Numbered from the stretch's first letter, positions 28,934-38,405 are shown. The stretch: 64,000 nucleotides of DNA from an uncultured Candidatus Saccharibacteria bacterium (GCA_964510655.1 CAZEAY010000002.1:26613-90612), one strand, 5' to 3'. Notes: generated by a model from the letters alone, not told the origin. Numbers and translations: made by a program.

Positions 28934-29212
28934 ATGAAAAAGTATCTAGGTTTGGTTTTTCTGATGTGTCTGGTGGTATTGACCACCACGGGCTGTGCTT
29001 TCTTTACTCAGGATCACAGTGCCTACCTTCGAGAAAAACAGAAGATTCGTCAGGATCAAGGTGTTGGTCAAGTTGCCTCCTACGAATCAAATCGGTTGGC
29101 AGATCGAGAGCCTGTGACTTCAGGACTCATTGATCTGTGTATCGATATCGTGGCTTATCAGCGGGTAGTGAGGGATTGTTCTTCTTCCTCCACCACTTTG
29201 CAGGGTGAATAA
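28934..29212 (+). CDS. Small putative lipoprotein
   Basis: Lipobox-like LTTTG|C, SD AAGGAG, own promoter (TTGCTT...TGGTATAAT) and terminator (about 29228-29262). Confidence 0.6.
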   Translation: MKKYLGLVFLMCLVVLTTTGCAFFTQDHSAYLREKQKIRQDQGVGQVASYESNRLADREPVTSGLIDLCIDIVAYQRVVRDCSSSSTTLQGE

Positions 29213-29339
29213 CTTGACGACATGTAGCCCCCCTCAACCCTTTGGGTTGGGGGGATTTTTTATCCCCCCTTTTTTTATTGAGATAATTCTTCTCCGTGTT
29301 AAAATAAAAGGAATTTTACTAATCTATTAATTTTATTTT

Positions 29340-29807
29340 ATGTTGTTGGAAGCTTCACCCGTCATGATGGAGAATAAACCAAATATTTTTCGTCGCTGGG
29401 CGAGTCTCATCACTCTTTTTATTTTTATTTCGATTTTTAGTTTTGCCGCCTTTAATTATTTTTCTGGTTCTTCTCTAACAGCTGGTTTGTTTAATACCTC
29501 GGCTTATTGTAGTGATGATAAAGGAAATTCGGCGGTTATTCTGTATAACGGTATGCCGGTTGTGAATGTTGTCACTAAGCTAGTTGGAGAATCATCTACT
29601 ATCAAAAAAATTACTTACACTGATTATTTGGGAGAACTAAAAATTGTAATGGATCCCGTAGCGGCTGATCCTATTTTGGTTACTAATATAAAATCTGCCA
29701 TGACTAAAGCGGTCCAAAATTTAACAAAAGAGCAGTCTCTTAAGATAATTGAATTTTCGGCTACTAAATTTGTGACTGCTCCCTTTAAGTGCAAGTACAC
29801 TAAATAA
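29340..29807 (+). CDS. Hypothetical membrane-anchored protein
   Basis: N-terminal TM followed by LTAGLF; closely coupled to the next ORF. Confidence 0.65.
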   Translation: MLLEASPVMMENKPNIFRRWASLITLFIFISIFSFAAFNYFSGSSLTAGLFNTSAYCSDDKGNSAVILYNGMPVVNVVTKLVGESSTIKKITYTDYLGELKIVMDPVAADPILVTNIKSAMTKAVQNLTKEQSLKIIEFSATKFVTAPFKCKYTK

Positions 29808-29810
29808 TTT

Positions 29811-32800
29811 ATGACTAAAATTAAGTATTTTTTATTGAGTTTCCTGCTATTGTTTCCGTTTTTTGTTTCTGCCGTTGATGTTTTTACCACTAGTTACTTA
29901 AAGGAAAAATATCGACAGACTTATGCCACTTGTGGAGTTAAAGCTGTGCCTGGGAGCGATACTGTCCATGATTTGGGTCCCGTTGACAGTTATGGTCAAT
30001 GTTCTGGCTCCTATCCCGACGGATTGGCCGCCGACGCTTATTTGCCTGGTTGCAACCCAATAGCAGGAGAAACCTGGGGGCCTTGGGAGGGTCAGCTATT
30101 CCATGAAAAATCCGGGGCCACTTATCGTCCAGAAGAAATACATCAAGGTTCTACTGCTTATTGTGGTGTGGGCGTAATTAAGTGTGGGGAAGGCTTTAAT
30201 TTCAATGGGGTCACTATGACTGGTGATTATTGTAAGGCTCCGTACATCAAAGATGGTTTTTTTAGTAAGGATGGACAATATGTTGATGAATACTGTATTG
30301 ACTATCAAGCTCCGACTTTTTTAGGTAAATATATTACAGATGGAACAAAAATGGTTCAGTCTTGTTGCACTTCTTTAGCTCACCATGAGACTCACACTTT
30401 TCCTATTATCGGAGATGTAGCCAATGTATTGAGCCAGTGGAACTTGCCGCTGGCTGGAAATTTGGCCGCCGGGGTAAACAGTGCTTCACCGGTAGATTTG
30501 GTTAATAAGGCTAGTTACGATGAATGCTGTAAGGCTCCTGACCAATGTTATGAATTTGGTTTTAATGTGATTAACGCTAGCTTCGCCTTAATAAATCCTC
30601 CATCCACAGGGGCGGCCATCTTAATGACAATGGCTAATAGCATCTTAAATTCGGCGACGGGAGAAATTGGTAAGTATAAAAATCAAGTCTGTCGTTCAGC
30701 TGAACAATCTCAAAATGATCAAACTGCCGCCTCTTATATTGATGATGCTGCCACAATTACCAAACTAGTTAACACTTCTGGGGTAACAGATGTTTTAGCT
30801 AATATAACTTTCTATTTAAGAATTTTACCTACTTATAATAAATGTGGTGGTGGTTCTGCAAAAAATAATTCACCCAAGACTGGTCTCCTAGCCACAACGC
30901 TTGCTTCTAGTGATACTGTCTCAGGTTTCTCATTTACTCCCGAGGCTGCGGCTGGGGGTAAGAGCTGTTCCTTTAAGGTGGTAAAAGGTGGAGTGGATAC
31001 AAACCAACGTGTTTATGTTGCCAATAATTATGTTTTTTTGGATAGTCCAACTTTGAGTTTGAATTCTTCAAAACTCTTTAACAATCAGCCTGGTTACTCC
31101 ACCTCAATGTTAGAAAGAGCTAGGCAGATGGTTAGTCCAGCCATTTACACCCCTAATAAAACTTCTTGGTATTGGAATGGAATTAAGTTTGTTCAAGTAG
31201 ATGATCCTCTGACAGCCTTAAATTTGAATGTTATTTATGCTGGTGTCTCTGCGACTTCACCCGATTTCTTTAATTGTAATGTCAATGATATTCCGAATGT
31301 CGGTCATAGTAATTTGTTTAAAACATTTTTAGCCACTGCTCCAAGTTTATCAATGTGTCCAGTCATTAATTATGGTGATGCTAATAATGACAATCTTAAT
31401 AATTGGACGGACGTTCAGTGTTATCTAAATTTGTTAGGGGATAAGAGTTCCCCCGCCTGTAATCCAGATAAAAAATTAATGGCCTTTAATGACAATAGCG
31501 GGACTGTTATTACTGTCAATGACCTTATGAGAGAGTTGCATGTTATGTCTGACCCCAATCAGCTTATTTATTACAGTTCTGTTAAAAAATATTTAGCTGA
31601 GTCACCTTATAATACAAACTTGCAGTCATGCTTGTTTGGTCGCAATCCAAAAAATAATACATCTTTATTTTCTCCAGCCTTGCCAGATGTTGTGTATAAG
31701 GCGGTCTGCGGAAATAAACTAATTGAAGCTGGTGAGTCGTATGAAACCTGTCCCGCTGATGTGCCGGCACCGGTTGTTAATCCTACCCTCACCTTGATTC
31801 CCTCATCTGGCCTCACTCTTTCTCGGGGTGGAGTGCAGGTTTCAGCAACCACTACTCAATCTCTAGCAAATAATTCCGCAATCTCTTTAACTGCCACTAT
31901 ACCAGCTTCAACTTATTCATCTCGAGCTAGTTCGGTCTCTAAAAAAATCACCTGGACAGGAGTTGATCAAACTATTTGTCCACCTAAGACTGTTGATTGC
32001 AAAATAACCAGTGGAACAGTTTCTTGTTTAGCTCTTACTTCCACTTGTAACTTTACCCTTACTAAAAACACAACAATCCAGCCCAAGTTAGTTCAAATGG
32101 TTGGTATTCAGATTCCTGATACTCCTGCAGTTACTAATTTCACCGCCCCCACTTTTGACTATGGTGCTGGTCAACCATCTCATCGTCTCTGGTTAACCTT
32201 CAATGCCACCGGCTCAGTCAGTTCAATCACCAAGGTCCCTGGTTATGATAAATGCTTTAGCTTCACTGCTTCAACTGATACTGCCTCAGCCGCTTGTCCT
32301 CTTAACCAGCCTATTAAACCTGGTACTAAGTGTGGTATCTACTTACAGGCTAGTAGTGATCGTTGTGTCGTAGCAGTTAAATATCTAACTGGTACTAACA
32401 CGACTAATACTCGTTACTTTGAACAAATCTTCTACAATTCCACCCCTACCACTACGGGGAAAGATACGATTAAGGATCGGGGGACTCGAGCTCCGTCGCC
32501 AGATGATTTTATTCCAGTGGTCCTAACTTCTCCTGTGCCAACGCCAACACCGATTCCTGCGCCAGCTCCTGCTACAAGTCCAACTCCAGTCGTTAATTAC
32601 GCCCTCTCCCTCATTCGTCCTACTACTGGATCTCTAGCTTTCTACTCTTCTCTCAAACTTGTTGCCGCTGATATTACCACCTCTCTGCCAGCTGGCACTA
32701 AGGTTGATCTAAAAGTGAAACGCTCTCCAACTACTCAATCGGGAAGTTCCAGAGCCACTGGTTACAAACTTCGCGTGAACTGGGCTGGCACTTCTTGTCC

Positions 32801-33368
32801 AGAATCAATCACAGACTGCAGTGTTTCACCAGCGGCCATCACTTGTCCCGCGATTGAAACTACTTGTCTCTTTGACTTAACTAAAGATACTCGTGTAGCT
32901 CCTTCATTTACAGCAACACCCGAGTATCCCATCGATACCACCCCTAAAACCCTAACCCTCTCCGTTAACAACCAATCTACTGGCTACATTATCGGTAGCA
33001 AAGACATGGCTGCTAATCCCGTAGAATTCAACTGCGGTCAGGTGGAAGAAATTGGTAATGCTAAGATCTGGCCTGGCACAGCTTGTTCCCAAACCTATCC
33101 TCATGGAACAATTATCACTTTAGTGGCTTCTGTCCCCGGTAATCTCTCTGATGGTAAATCACTCACTCGTGGCACCTTCTCTGGCTGGGGGAGTAATTGT
33201 ACCTCGATGACCACTTGGACTGATATTACTGGTAAATCCTATCAAGCCTGTCAAATCAAACTTGAGGCTAACAAAACCATTTCTGCTTCTTTTACGGGAC
33301 CGACTTCGTGGTTGCTCCGGCCGTTTATCCAGCTCGGGAATATTTGGAACTCATTGTGGTCACGGTAG
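29811..33368 (+). CDS. Large Cys/Thr-rich secreted surface protein with dockerin-like and InlB-B-like repeat modules
   Basis: Signal peptide; GDANNDNLNNWTDV plus NDNSGTVITVNDL Ca-loop pair; CGN..IE.GE....CP.D; Pro/Thr linker; repeated beta modules. Confidence 0.75.
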   Translation: MTKIKYFLLSFLLLFPFFVSAVDVFTTSYLKEKYRQTYATCGVKAVPGSDTVHDLGPVDSYGQCSGSYPDGLAADAYLPGCNPIAGETWGPWEGQLFHEKSGATYRPEEIHQGSTAYCGVGVIKCGEGFNFNGVTMTGDYCKAPYIKDGFFSKDGQYVDEYCIDYQAPTFLGKYITDGTKMVQSCCTSLAHHETHTFPIIGDVANVLSQWNLPLAGNLAAGVNSASPVDLVNKASYDECCKAPDQCYEFGFNVINASFALINPPSTGAAILMTMANSILNSATGEIGKYKNQVCRSAEQSQNDQTAASYIDDAATITKLVNTSGVTDVLANITFYLRILPTYNKCGGGSAKNNSPKTGLLATTLASSDTVSGFSFTPEAAAGGKSCSFKVVKGGVDTNQRVYVANNYVFLDSPTLSLNSSKLFNNQPGYSTSMLERARQMVSPAIYTPNKTSWYWNGIKFVQVDDPLTALNLNVIYAGVSATSPDFFNCNVNDIPNVGHSNLFKTFLATAPSLSMCPVINYGDANNDNLNNWTDVQCYLNLLGDKSSPACNPDKKLMAFNDNSGTVITVNDLMRELHVMSDPNQLIYYSSVKKYLAESPYNTNLQSCLFGRNPKNNTSLFSPALPDVVYKAVCGNKLIEAGESYETCPADVPAPVVNPTLTLIPSSGLTLSRGGVQVSATTTQSLANNSAISLTATIPASTYSSRASSVSKKITWTGVDQTICPPKTVDCKITSGTVSCLALTSTCNFTLTKNTTIQPKLVQMVGIQIPDTPAVTNFTAPTFDYGAGQPSHRLWLTFNATGSVSSITKVPGYDKCFSFTASTDTASAACPLNQPIKPGTKCGIYLQASSDRCVVAVKYLTGTNTTNTRYFEQIFYNSTPTTTGKDTIKDRGTRAPSPDDFIPVVLTSPVPTPTPIPAPAPATSPTPVVNYALSLIRPTTGSLAFYSSLKLVAADITTSLPAGTKVDLKVKRSPTTQSGSSRATGYKLRVNWAGTSCPESITDCSVSPAAITCPAIETTCLFDLTKDTRVAPSFTATPEYPIDTTPKTLTLSVNNQSTGYIIGSKDMAANPVEFNCGQVEEIGNAKIWPGTACSQTYPHGTIITLVASVPGNLSDGKSLTRGTFSGWGSNCTSMTTWTDITGKSYQACQIKLEANKTISASFTGPTSWLLRPFIQLGNIWNSLWSR

Positions 33369-33438
33369 TTTGAATAAAAATTTTAAGTTAAAAAAAGAAC
33401 CCCAGGTGGTAATCCTGGGGTTTTGTTTATCCTTTGGT

Positions 33439-33945
33439 TTATGGCCAGCTAACCTCTTGGAAGATCTCGGTTTTCTTGATTAGAGTCTCTTCCTCAATTT
33501 CTTTTAGTACTCCGTCTGTTGTGGGCTGTTGCTTACCTTGGGTGGTTTGGGAAATGGCGCAGGTCGGTGCCCCATTTTCATCGAGACTCCCGTAGTCGAT
33601 TATGTGCCAACCTTCTTTCTTTAGGGCTACAATCTCGGTAGGAGTGAGGTAGGCTCCGAGGATAATGTTAGTTCGGTTATTTTGAATGTTCATTACCCAC
33701 CAGAAGGTGTTTTTGCGGTGTTTGGCCCTACCCCAAGCGGTGACATGTCCTTTTTCCAGGTGAGCATTGGCTCGGCTGTAACTGGTGTGGACTTGTCCCC
33801 AGTTTAGCCTAATAAAGTCAGGCAAAGGGTTCGTTATGGGGCTAAGATTTTTTGTCTGTATTTCGTTGGTATCCACCAACGGCTTAGCACAACTGCACCA
33901 CAGCATAATGCCTAGAAATAAGGCTAAAATGCCTAACTTGCTCAT
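33439..33945 (-). CDS. Hypothetical exported/lipoprotein-like protein
   Basis: MSKLGILALFLGIMLWCSC; SD AAGGAG; TGTGGTATAAT promoter upstream. Confidence 0.6.
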   Translation of the reverse strand: MSKLGILALFLGIMLWCSCAKPLVDTNEIQTKNLSPITNPLPDFIRLNWGQVHTSYSRANAHLEKGHVTAWGRAKHRKNTFWWVMNIQNNRTNIILGAYLTPTEIVALKKEGWHIIDYGSLDENGAPTCAISQTTQGKQQPTTDGVLKEIEEETLIKKTEIFQEVSWP

Positions 33946-34115
33946 TGGCGGGCTCCTTATTTGTGAAATGAGACCTAATTATTTAGGATCTTCTTTAATT
34001 ATACCACAATTTGTTAAAAAGTACAATAGAAAGGTGGTTCTAATCCCTTTTTTACTTACAATCTTTCCACCTAAAAGAGGTGCCTTCTGGTGAATTGTTC
34101 AAGATATTGCTTTGT

Positions 34116-34143
34116 TTGACATTATTATTTTTTTTGCTATGAT
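34116..34143 (+). promoter_or_regulatory. Sigma70-type promoter restarting the S10 cluster at rpsS
   Basis: TTGACA-16 nt-TATGAT with extended TG. Confidence 0.7.
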
Positions 34144-34148
34144 TAGGT

Positions 34149-34360
34149 TCGAGTTAGTTTAGTGTTATTTACTATTAACTCGATTTGCAAAAGTCTTGTT
34201 TTTCTGGGACCCCTATCGAGGTTCGATATCCGTGTGCTCAGTCGGGAGGCGGATGGACCGTGGTATAGGATTTTTATTTTGCGATTTTTATTCGTAAAAA
34301 TCGCGTCCGAATCAGCAGATTCGCGGCTTGGCCGCAGGATGGTTGTTTCGATGCAAGGAT
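34149..34360 (+). ncRNA. Putative structured leader or ncRNA upstream of rpsS
   Basis: GC-rich multi-hairpin region including GCGATTTTTA-TTCG-TAAAAATCGC. Confidence 0.45.
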
Positions 34361-34394
34361 ATAGATAAATATTAAAGAAAAATAGTTTAATTCA

Positions 34395-34748
34395 ATGCCA
34401 AGATCACTTAAAAAAGGACCATATATCGAAGAACGGTTAATGAAGAAAATTACCGGCAAGAAACCACAGGAAACTGGGGTAATTAAAACGTGGTCACGTC
34501 GTAGTCAGATTAGTCCAGAAATGGTAGGTTTTACTTTTGGTGTTCATAACGGCAAGAGCCATATTGAAGTTTTTGCCACTGAGGATATGGTTGGACATCG
34601 TTTGGGGGAATTTTCTCCAACTAAGAAGTTCTTACGCCACGGAGGTAAGATGCAGAAAGAGTTAGAACAGAAGAAGAAAGAGTCAGAAATTGCGGCGGCT
34701 AAATCTGCCAAAGAAACCACCGCGGCGGGAGCTGGTAAGAAAAAATAA
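34395..34748 (+). CDS. rpsS: 30S ribosomal protein S19 with C-terminal extension
   Basis: [29 protein letters not shown]. Confidence 0.97.
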   Translation: MPRSLKKGPYIEERLMKKITGKKPQETGVIKTWSRRSQISPEMVGFTFGVHNGKSHIEVFATEDMVGHRLGEFSPTKKFLRHGGKMQKELEQKKKESEIAAAKSAKETTAAGAGKKK

Positions 34749-34754
34749 TAAAAC

Positions 34755-35204
34755 ATGAAAGCATACCTCTCAAACTATCATCAATCTCCTCGCAAGGTTC
34801 GCTTAGTAGCCTCTTTAATTAAAGGCAAGAAAGTGAATGAAGCGATGGTAGAACTAGACTTCGTTCTCAAGCGGGCGTCTTTGCCGATTAAACAACTTAT
34901 TGCTTCGGCCGTCGCTAACGCTAAAAATAATTTCGACACAGAGAAAAACGATTTATATATCAAAGAATTAAGGGTTGATAAGGGAATTGTTATGCGCCGA
35001 ATGATTCCAGGTGCTCGGGGACGAGGCTATCCTTTGAAGCGTCGCTCTAGTCATATTTCCGTTCTTTTGGATATCAAAGGAGAAGAGAAAAAGAAATCAA
35101 AAGGTAAGAACCAAAAGGTAAAAACCGAAGAGGTTAAGGTTGAAAAAACAAAGAAGACTGTTGTTAAAAAACCAGCCGTTAAAAAAGCTGTCACTAAAAA
35201 ATAA
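34755..35204 (+). CDS. rplV: 50S ribosomal protein L22 with Lys-rich tail
   Basis: SPRKVRLVA, SAVANA, ARGR, SHISV. Confidence 0.96.
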   Translation: MKAYLSNYHQSPRKVRLVASLIKGKKVNEAMVELDFVLKRASLPIKQLIASAVANAKNNFDTEKNDLYIKELRVDKGIVMRRMIPGARGRGYPLKRRSSHISVLLDIKGEEKKKSKGKNQKVKTEEVKVEKTKKTVVKKPAVKKAVTKK

Positions 35205-35206
35205 TC

Positions 35207-35869
35207 ATGACTCATAGCGTTCACCCATATTCACATAGATTAGGCGTTATCCGAGATTGGAAATCTCGCTGGTTTGGTACTCAGGGTAAATACCAAGAGT
35301 TTCTAAAGACCGATGTTTTGTTGCGCGAATTTTTAGAGAAGCGTTTCCGTGGTTTTTATGTTGATTCGATTGAAATGGAACGCAGTGAAAATGCTTATAA
35401 AGTGATCATCAAGACATCTCGCCCAGGTATGATTATTGGCCGTAGTGGCGAAGGGGCAGTGAAGCTTAAGAACGATATTATGAAGCAATTACACCGCTTA
35501 AATGTCACTATCCCTAAAGAAGTTAAAATTGATATTGAAGAAGTGAAAGATCCTGATTCCCATGCTGCAATTGTTGCTTATGGTATTGCCGAAGCTTTGG
35601 AAAAGCGTTTGCCTTTCCGTCGCGTCATGAAACAAGCAGTTGAGCGCGTAATGGCTGACAAAAATGTTCTCGGAGTAAAAGTGACTTTGTCCGGTCGTTT
35701 GGGTGGAGCGGAAATGGGTCGCATTGAAAGTCTTAGAAACGGTCAAGTGCCTCTACAGACTTTGCGTGCCGATATCGATTTTGCTCGTGAGAAGGCCTAT
35801 CTCTCTTATGGCGTTATTGGGGTTAAGGTCTGGATTAACCGGGGGGAAATTTTTGAGGCTAAGAAATAA
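35207..35869 (+). CDS. rpsC: 30S ribosomal protein S3
   Basis: RPG.IIGR.G, SGRLGGAE, PLQTLRADID, YG.IGVKVW. Confidence 0.97.
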   Translation: MTHSVHPYSHRLGVIRDWKSRWFGTQGKYQEFLKTDVLLREFLEKRFRGFYVDSIEMERSENAYKVIIKTSRPGMIIGRSGEGAVKLKNDIMKQLHRLNVTIPKEVKIDIEEVKDPDSHAAIVAYGIAEALEKRLPFRRVMKQAVERVMADKNVLGVKVTLSGRLGGAEMGRIESLRNGQVPLQTLRADIDFAREKAYLSYGVIGVKVWINRGEIFEAKK

Positions 35870-35874
35870 ATACC

Positions 35875-36294
35875 ATGTTGTTACCTAAAAAAGTAAAATT
35901 TCGTAAATGGCAAACTGGTCGGATTAATCCGAACAAAGTTCGCGTTGAGACTAGAGGTACAGAGTTATCTTTCGGTTCTTTTGGTCTCAAAGCAGAAACA
36001 ACCGGGCGAGTAAAGTCTAACCAAATTGAAGCTGCTCGAAAAACCATTGCTCGTAATATGGGTAAGACTGGTAAGTTGTGGATCCGTATTTTTCCTGACC
36101 GTCCTTTTACTCGTAAGGGGGCCGAAGTGGGTATGGGTAAAGGTAAGGGAGATCCTCAGGGTTATGAGGTTGAGATTTTTCCTGGTCGGGTTTTATTTGA
36201 AGTCGATGGTTTGGAGGAAACCTTGGCAAGAGAGTCTCTTCGCAAGGCTGGCGCCAAATTACCGCTTAAATCGAAAGTAGTTTCCCGTAACTAA
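35875..36294 (+). CDS. rplP: 50S ribosomal protein L16
   Basis: QIEAAR, WIRIFPD, MGKGKG. Confidence 0.97.
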   Translation: MLLPKKVKFRKWQTGRINPNKVRVETRGTELSFGSFGLKAETTGRVKSNQIEAARKTIARNMGKTGKLWIRIFPDRPFTRKGAEVGMGKGKGDPQGYEVEIFPGRVLFEVDGLEETLARESLRKAGAKLPLKSKVVSRN

Positions 36295-36295
36295 T

Positions 36296-36493
36296 ATGAA
36301 AACAAAAATTACTGAAACAAATGAAAAAGAATTAGTAAGTATGTTGGCCGCCAAGCGAACAGAATTGTCCAATTTTAGATTTGGTATCGCTGGTACTAAG
36401 GTTAAGAACGTTAAAACTATCCGTAATTTGCGTCGTCAGATTGCTCAGATTTTGACCAAATTAAATGTGTTTGCTAAGACAACTGCGAAATAA
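36296..36493 (+). CDS. rpmC: 50S ribosomal protein L29
   Basis: EL...RF...[12 protein letters not shown]; operon position. Confidence 0.9.
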   Translation: MKTKITETNEKELVSMLAAKRTELSNFRFGIAGTKVKNVKTIRNLRRQIAQILTKLNVFAKTTAK

Positions 36494-36498
36494 TTTAT

Positions 36499-36756
36499 AT
36501 GGAAAAGATTACCCCACAAATAAATAAAGAAACTGGTAAGACTCTAACGGGAGTTGTTGTTTCTGATAAGATGGACAAGACTGTTGTTGTTTCGGTTAGT
36601 CGCTTTATCAAAGTTCCAAAATACAACAAATATATTTCGCGTGATAAAAAATTCAAAGCCCACGATCCAGAGAACAAGTGTAAAGTGGGTGATCGTGTAA
36701 CAATCCGCGAAACCAGGCCGATTTCTAAAGATAAGCATTTTGAAGTAATCTTCTAA
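36499..36756 (+). CDS. rpsQ: 30S ribosomal protein S17
   Basis: [21 protein letters not shown]. Confidence 0.97.
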   Translation: MEKITPQINKETGKTLTGVVVSDKMDKTVVVSVSRFIKVPKYNKYISRDKKFKAHDPENKCKVGDRVTIRETRPISKDKHFEVIF

Positions 36757-36766
36757 TACCACTACC

Positions 36767-37138
36767 ATGATACAAGACCGTTCTCTAGTAAAAATAGCTG
36801 ACAACACTGGCGCCAAAATTGGTCGCGTGTTTAAAGTACTTGGTCATTCTAAAAAGCGCTATGCGGGCATTGGTGATTTGGTAGTTATTTCTATCCAGAC
36901 TGCTGAGCCTCGTAAGGCGATTAAGAAGAAAGATGTTGTTCAGGCGGTTGTGGTTCGGACTAAAAATTCTTTCCGCCGTAAGGATGGCTCCTATGTTCGT
37001 TTTGATGAAAACGCCGTAGTTATTTTGGAAAAAGATAAAAAAGATCCAAAGGGCGGACGTATCTTTGGTCCTATTCCACGTGAAATGGCCGAATTAGGTT
37101 ATCAGAAAATTATTTCTTTGGCCCCCGAAGTTGTCTAG
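36767..37138 (+). CDS. rplN: 50S ribosomal protein L14
   Basis: ADNTGAK, RFDENA.V, RIFGP, ISLAPEV. Confidence 0.97.
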   Translation: MIQDRSLVKIADNTGAKIGRVFKVLGHSKKRYAGIGDLVVISIQTAEPRKAIKKKDVVQAVVVRTKNSFRRKDGSYVRFDENAVVILEKDKKDPKGGRIFGPIPREMAELGYQKIISLAPEVV

Positions 37139-37155
37139 ACAATAGAATAAATATT

Positions 37156-37461
37156 TTGAATATCAAAAAAGGCGACATTGTAATAATTAAAACTGGTAAG
37201 GACCTTGGTAAAAAGGGGAAGGTTTTGCATACTTTTCCAGCTTTAGAAAAAATTGTGGTAGAAGGGGTAAATCTTCGCAAAAAACACAAGCGGGCTCGCA
37301 AGTCTAATGAAAAAGGTCAGGTAGTTGAAATTTCTTCACCAATTGCTGTCTCTAACGCCGCTGTCTTTTGTTCTAGTTGTGAAAAAGGGGTACGTTTGGG
37401 GAGTAAAGAGATCAAAGGTAAGAAAACTCGAGTTTGTGTAAAGTGCGGTAAGGAAATGTAA
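37156..37461 (+). CDS. rplX: 50S ribosomal protein L24 (TTG start)
   Basis: IKKGD.V..TGKD.GK.GKV, VEGVN. Confidence 0.95.
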   Translation: MNIKKGDIVIIKTGKDLGKKGKVLHTFPALEKIVVEGVNLRKKHKRARKSNEKGQVVEISSPIAVSNAAVFCSSCEKGVRLGSKEIKGKKTRVCVKCGKEM

Positions 37462-37481
37462 TCAGTAAGGCAATAAATATT

Positions 37482-38015
37482 ATGAAAACTACAGCCGAAA
37501 AAATTCAAGAAAGTTACAAGACCCTAAAAACAGAGTTAGGAGTCAAAAATGTCATGGCTCTACCTCGTATTACTAAGGTGGTAATTAACTCTGGTACTGG
37601 AAAAGCTAAAGATAAGAAACGCAATGAGCTAATAGCGGATCGTTTAGCCAAAATTACTGGTCAAAAACCATCTCCTCGGGGAGCTAAGCAGTCAATTGCT
37701 ACTTTCAAACTTCGTCAGGGTGAGGTCATCGGAATGACTGTAACTTTGCGCGGGAAAAGGATGTACGGCTTTTTGGATAAACTAATTAATGTGGCTTTTC
37801 CTCGAACTCGCGACTTTAAAGGTTTTGACGAGAAGGGGGTAGATGAGCTTGGTAATATGACCATTGGCCTTCGGGAGAATATTATTTTCCCAGAGACGAC
37901 TGATGAAGAACTTAAGGATGTTTTTGGCTTTGCTATTACTATTGTCACTACCGCTAAAGACCGCAAGTCAGCCCTCGCTTTCTTTAAGGCTATTGGTTTT
38001 CCTTTTAAGAAATAG
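37482..38015 (+). CDS. rplE: 50S ribosomal protein L5
   Basis: ITGQKP, FKLR.G..IG..VTLRG, PRTRDFKG. Confidence 0.97.
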   Translation: MKTTAEKIQESYKTLKTELGVKNVMALPRITKVVINSGTGKAKDKKRNELIADRLAKITGQKPSPRGAKQSIATFKLRQGEVIGMTVTLRGKRMYGFLDKLINVAFPRTRDFKGFDEKGVDELGNMTIGLRENIIFPETTDEELKDVFGFAITIVTTAKDRKSALAFFKAIGFPFKK

Positions 38016-38048
38016 ATCGTCCAGAAAAACTAAATTAACCTATATAAA

Positions 38049-38105
38049 GCTGTCCAATTGTCTGGGCAGTTTTTGTTTGACTTTTTGAGTATTTCTTGAT
38101 AGACT
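38049..38105 (+). promoter_or_regulatory. Terminator after rplE overlapping a new promoter for rpsN
   Basis: gctgtcca-loop-tgggcagtttttg, then TTGACT...TAGACT. Confidence 0.55.
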
Positions 38106-38199
38106 CTAGATTAGTGTAAATTAGAGATTTTTAACTGAAACCCCCTCGATTTTCCTCTTTTTTGAGGAAGTATAGGAAGGGTCATTTATTTTAATAAAA

Positions 38200-38385
38200 A
38201 TGGCAAAAACATCGGTAATCGCAAGATCTAAAAAGACACCTAAATTCAAGTCTCGTGTCGTGAGACGTTGTTTTCGTTGTGGTCGCAAACATGGTTTTAT
38301 TAGAGATTTCGGTTTATGCCGTATTTGTTTCCGAGAATTGGCTAACGAAGGTAAAATTCCAGGCGTTAAGAAATCTTCCTGGTAA
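38200..38385 (+). CDS. rpsN: 30S ribosomal protein S14 type Z
   Basis: RCFRCGR...[16 protein letters not shown]. Confidence 0.96.
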   Translation: MAKTSVIARSKKTPKFKSRVVRRCFRCGRKHGFIRDFGLCRICFRELANEGKIPGVKKSSW

Positions 38386-38405
38386 AATAATTCAAATTCA
38401 AAATC

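Noticed and set aside
36544-36552. CTAACGGGA inside rpsQ as another element end
   Set aside because: It encodes the conserved L-T-G of S17, with no partner inverted end or TGAA duplication.
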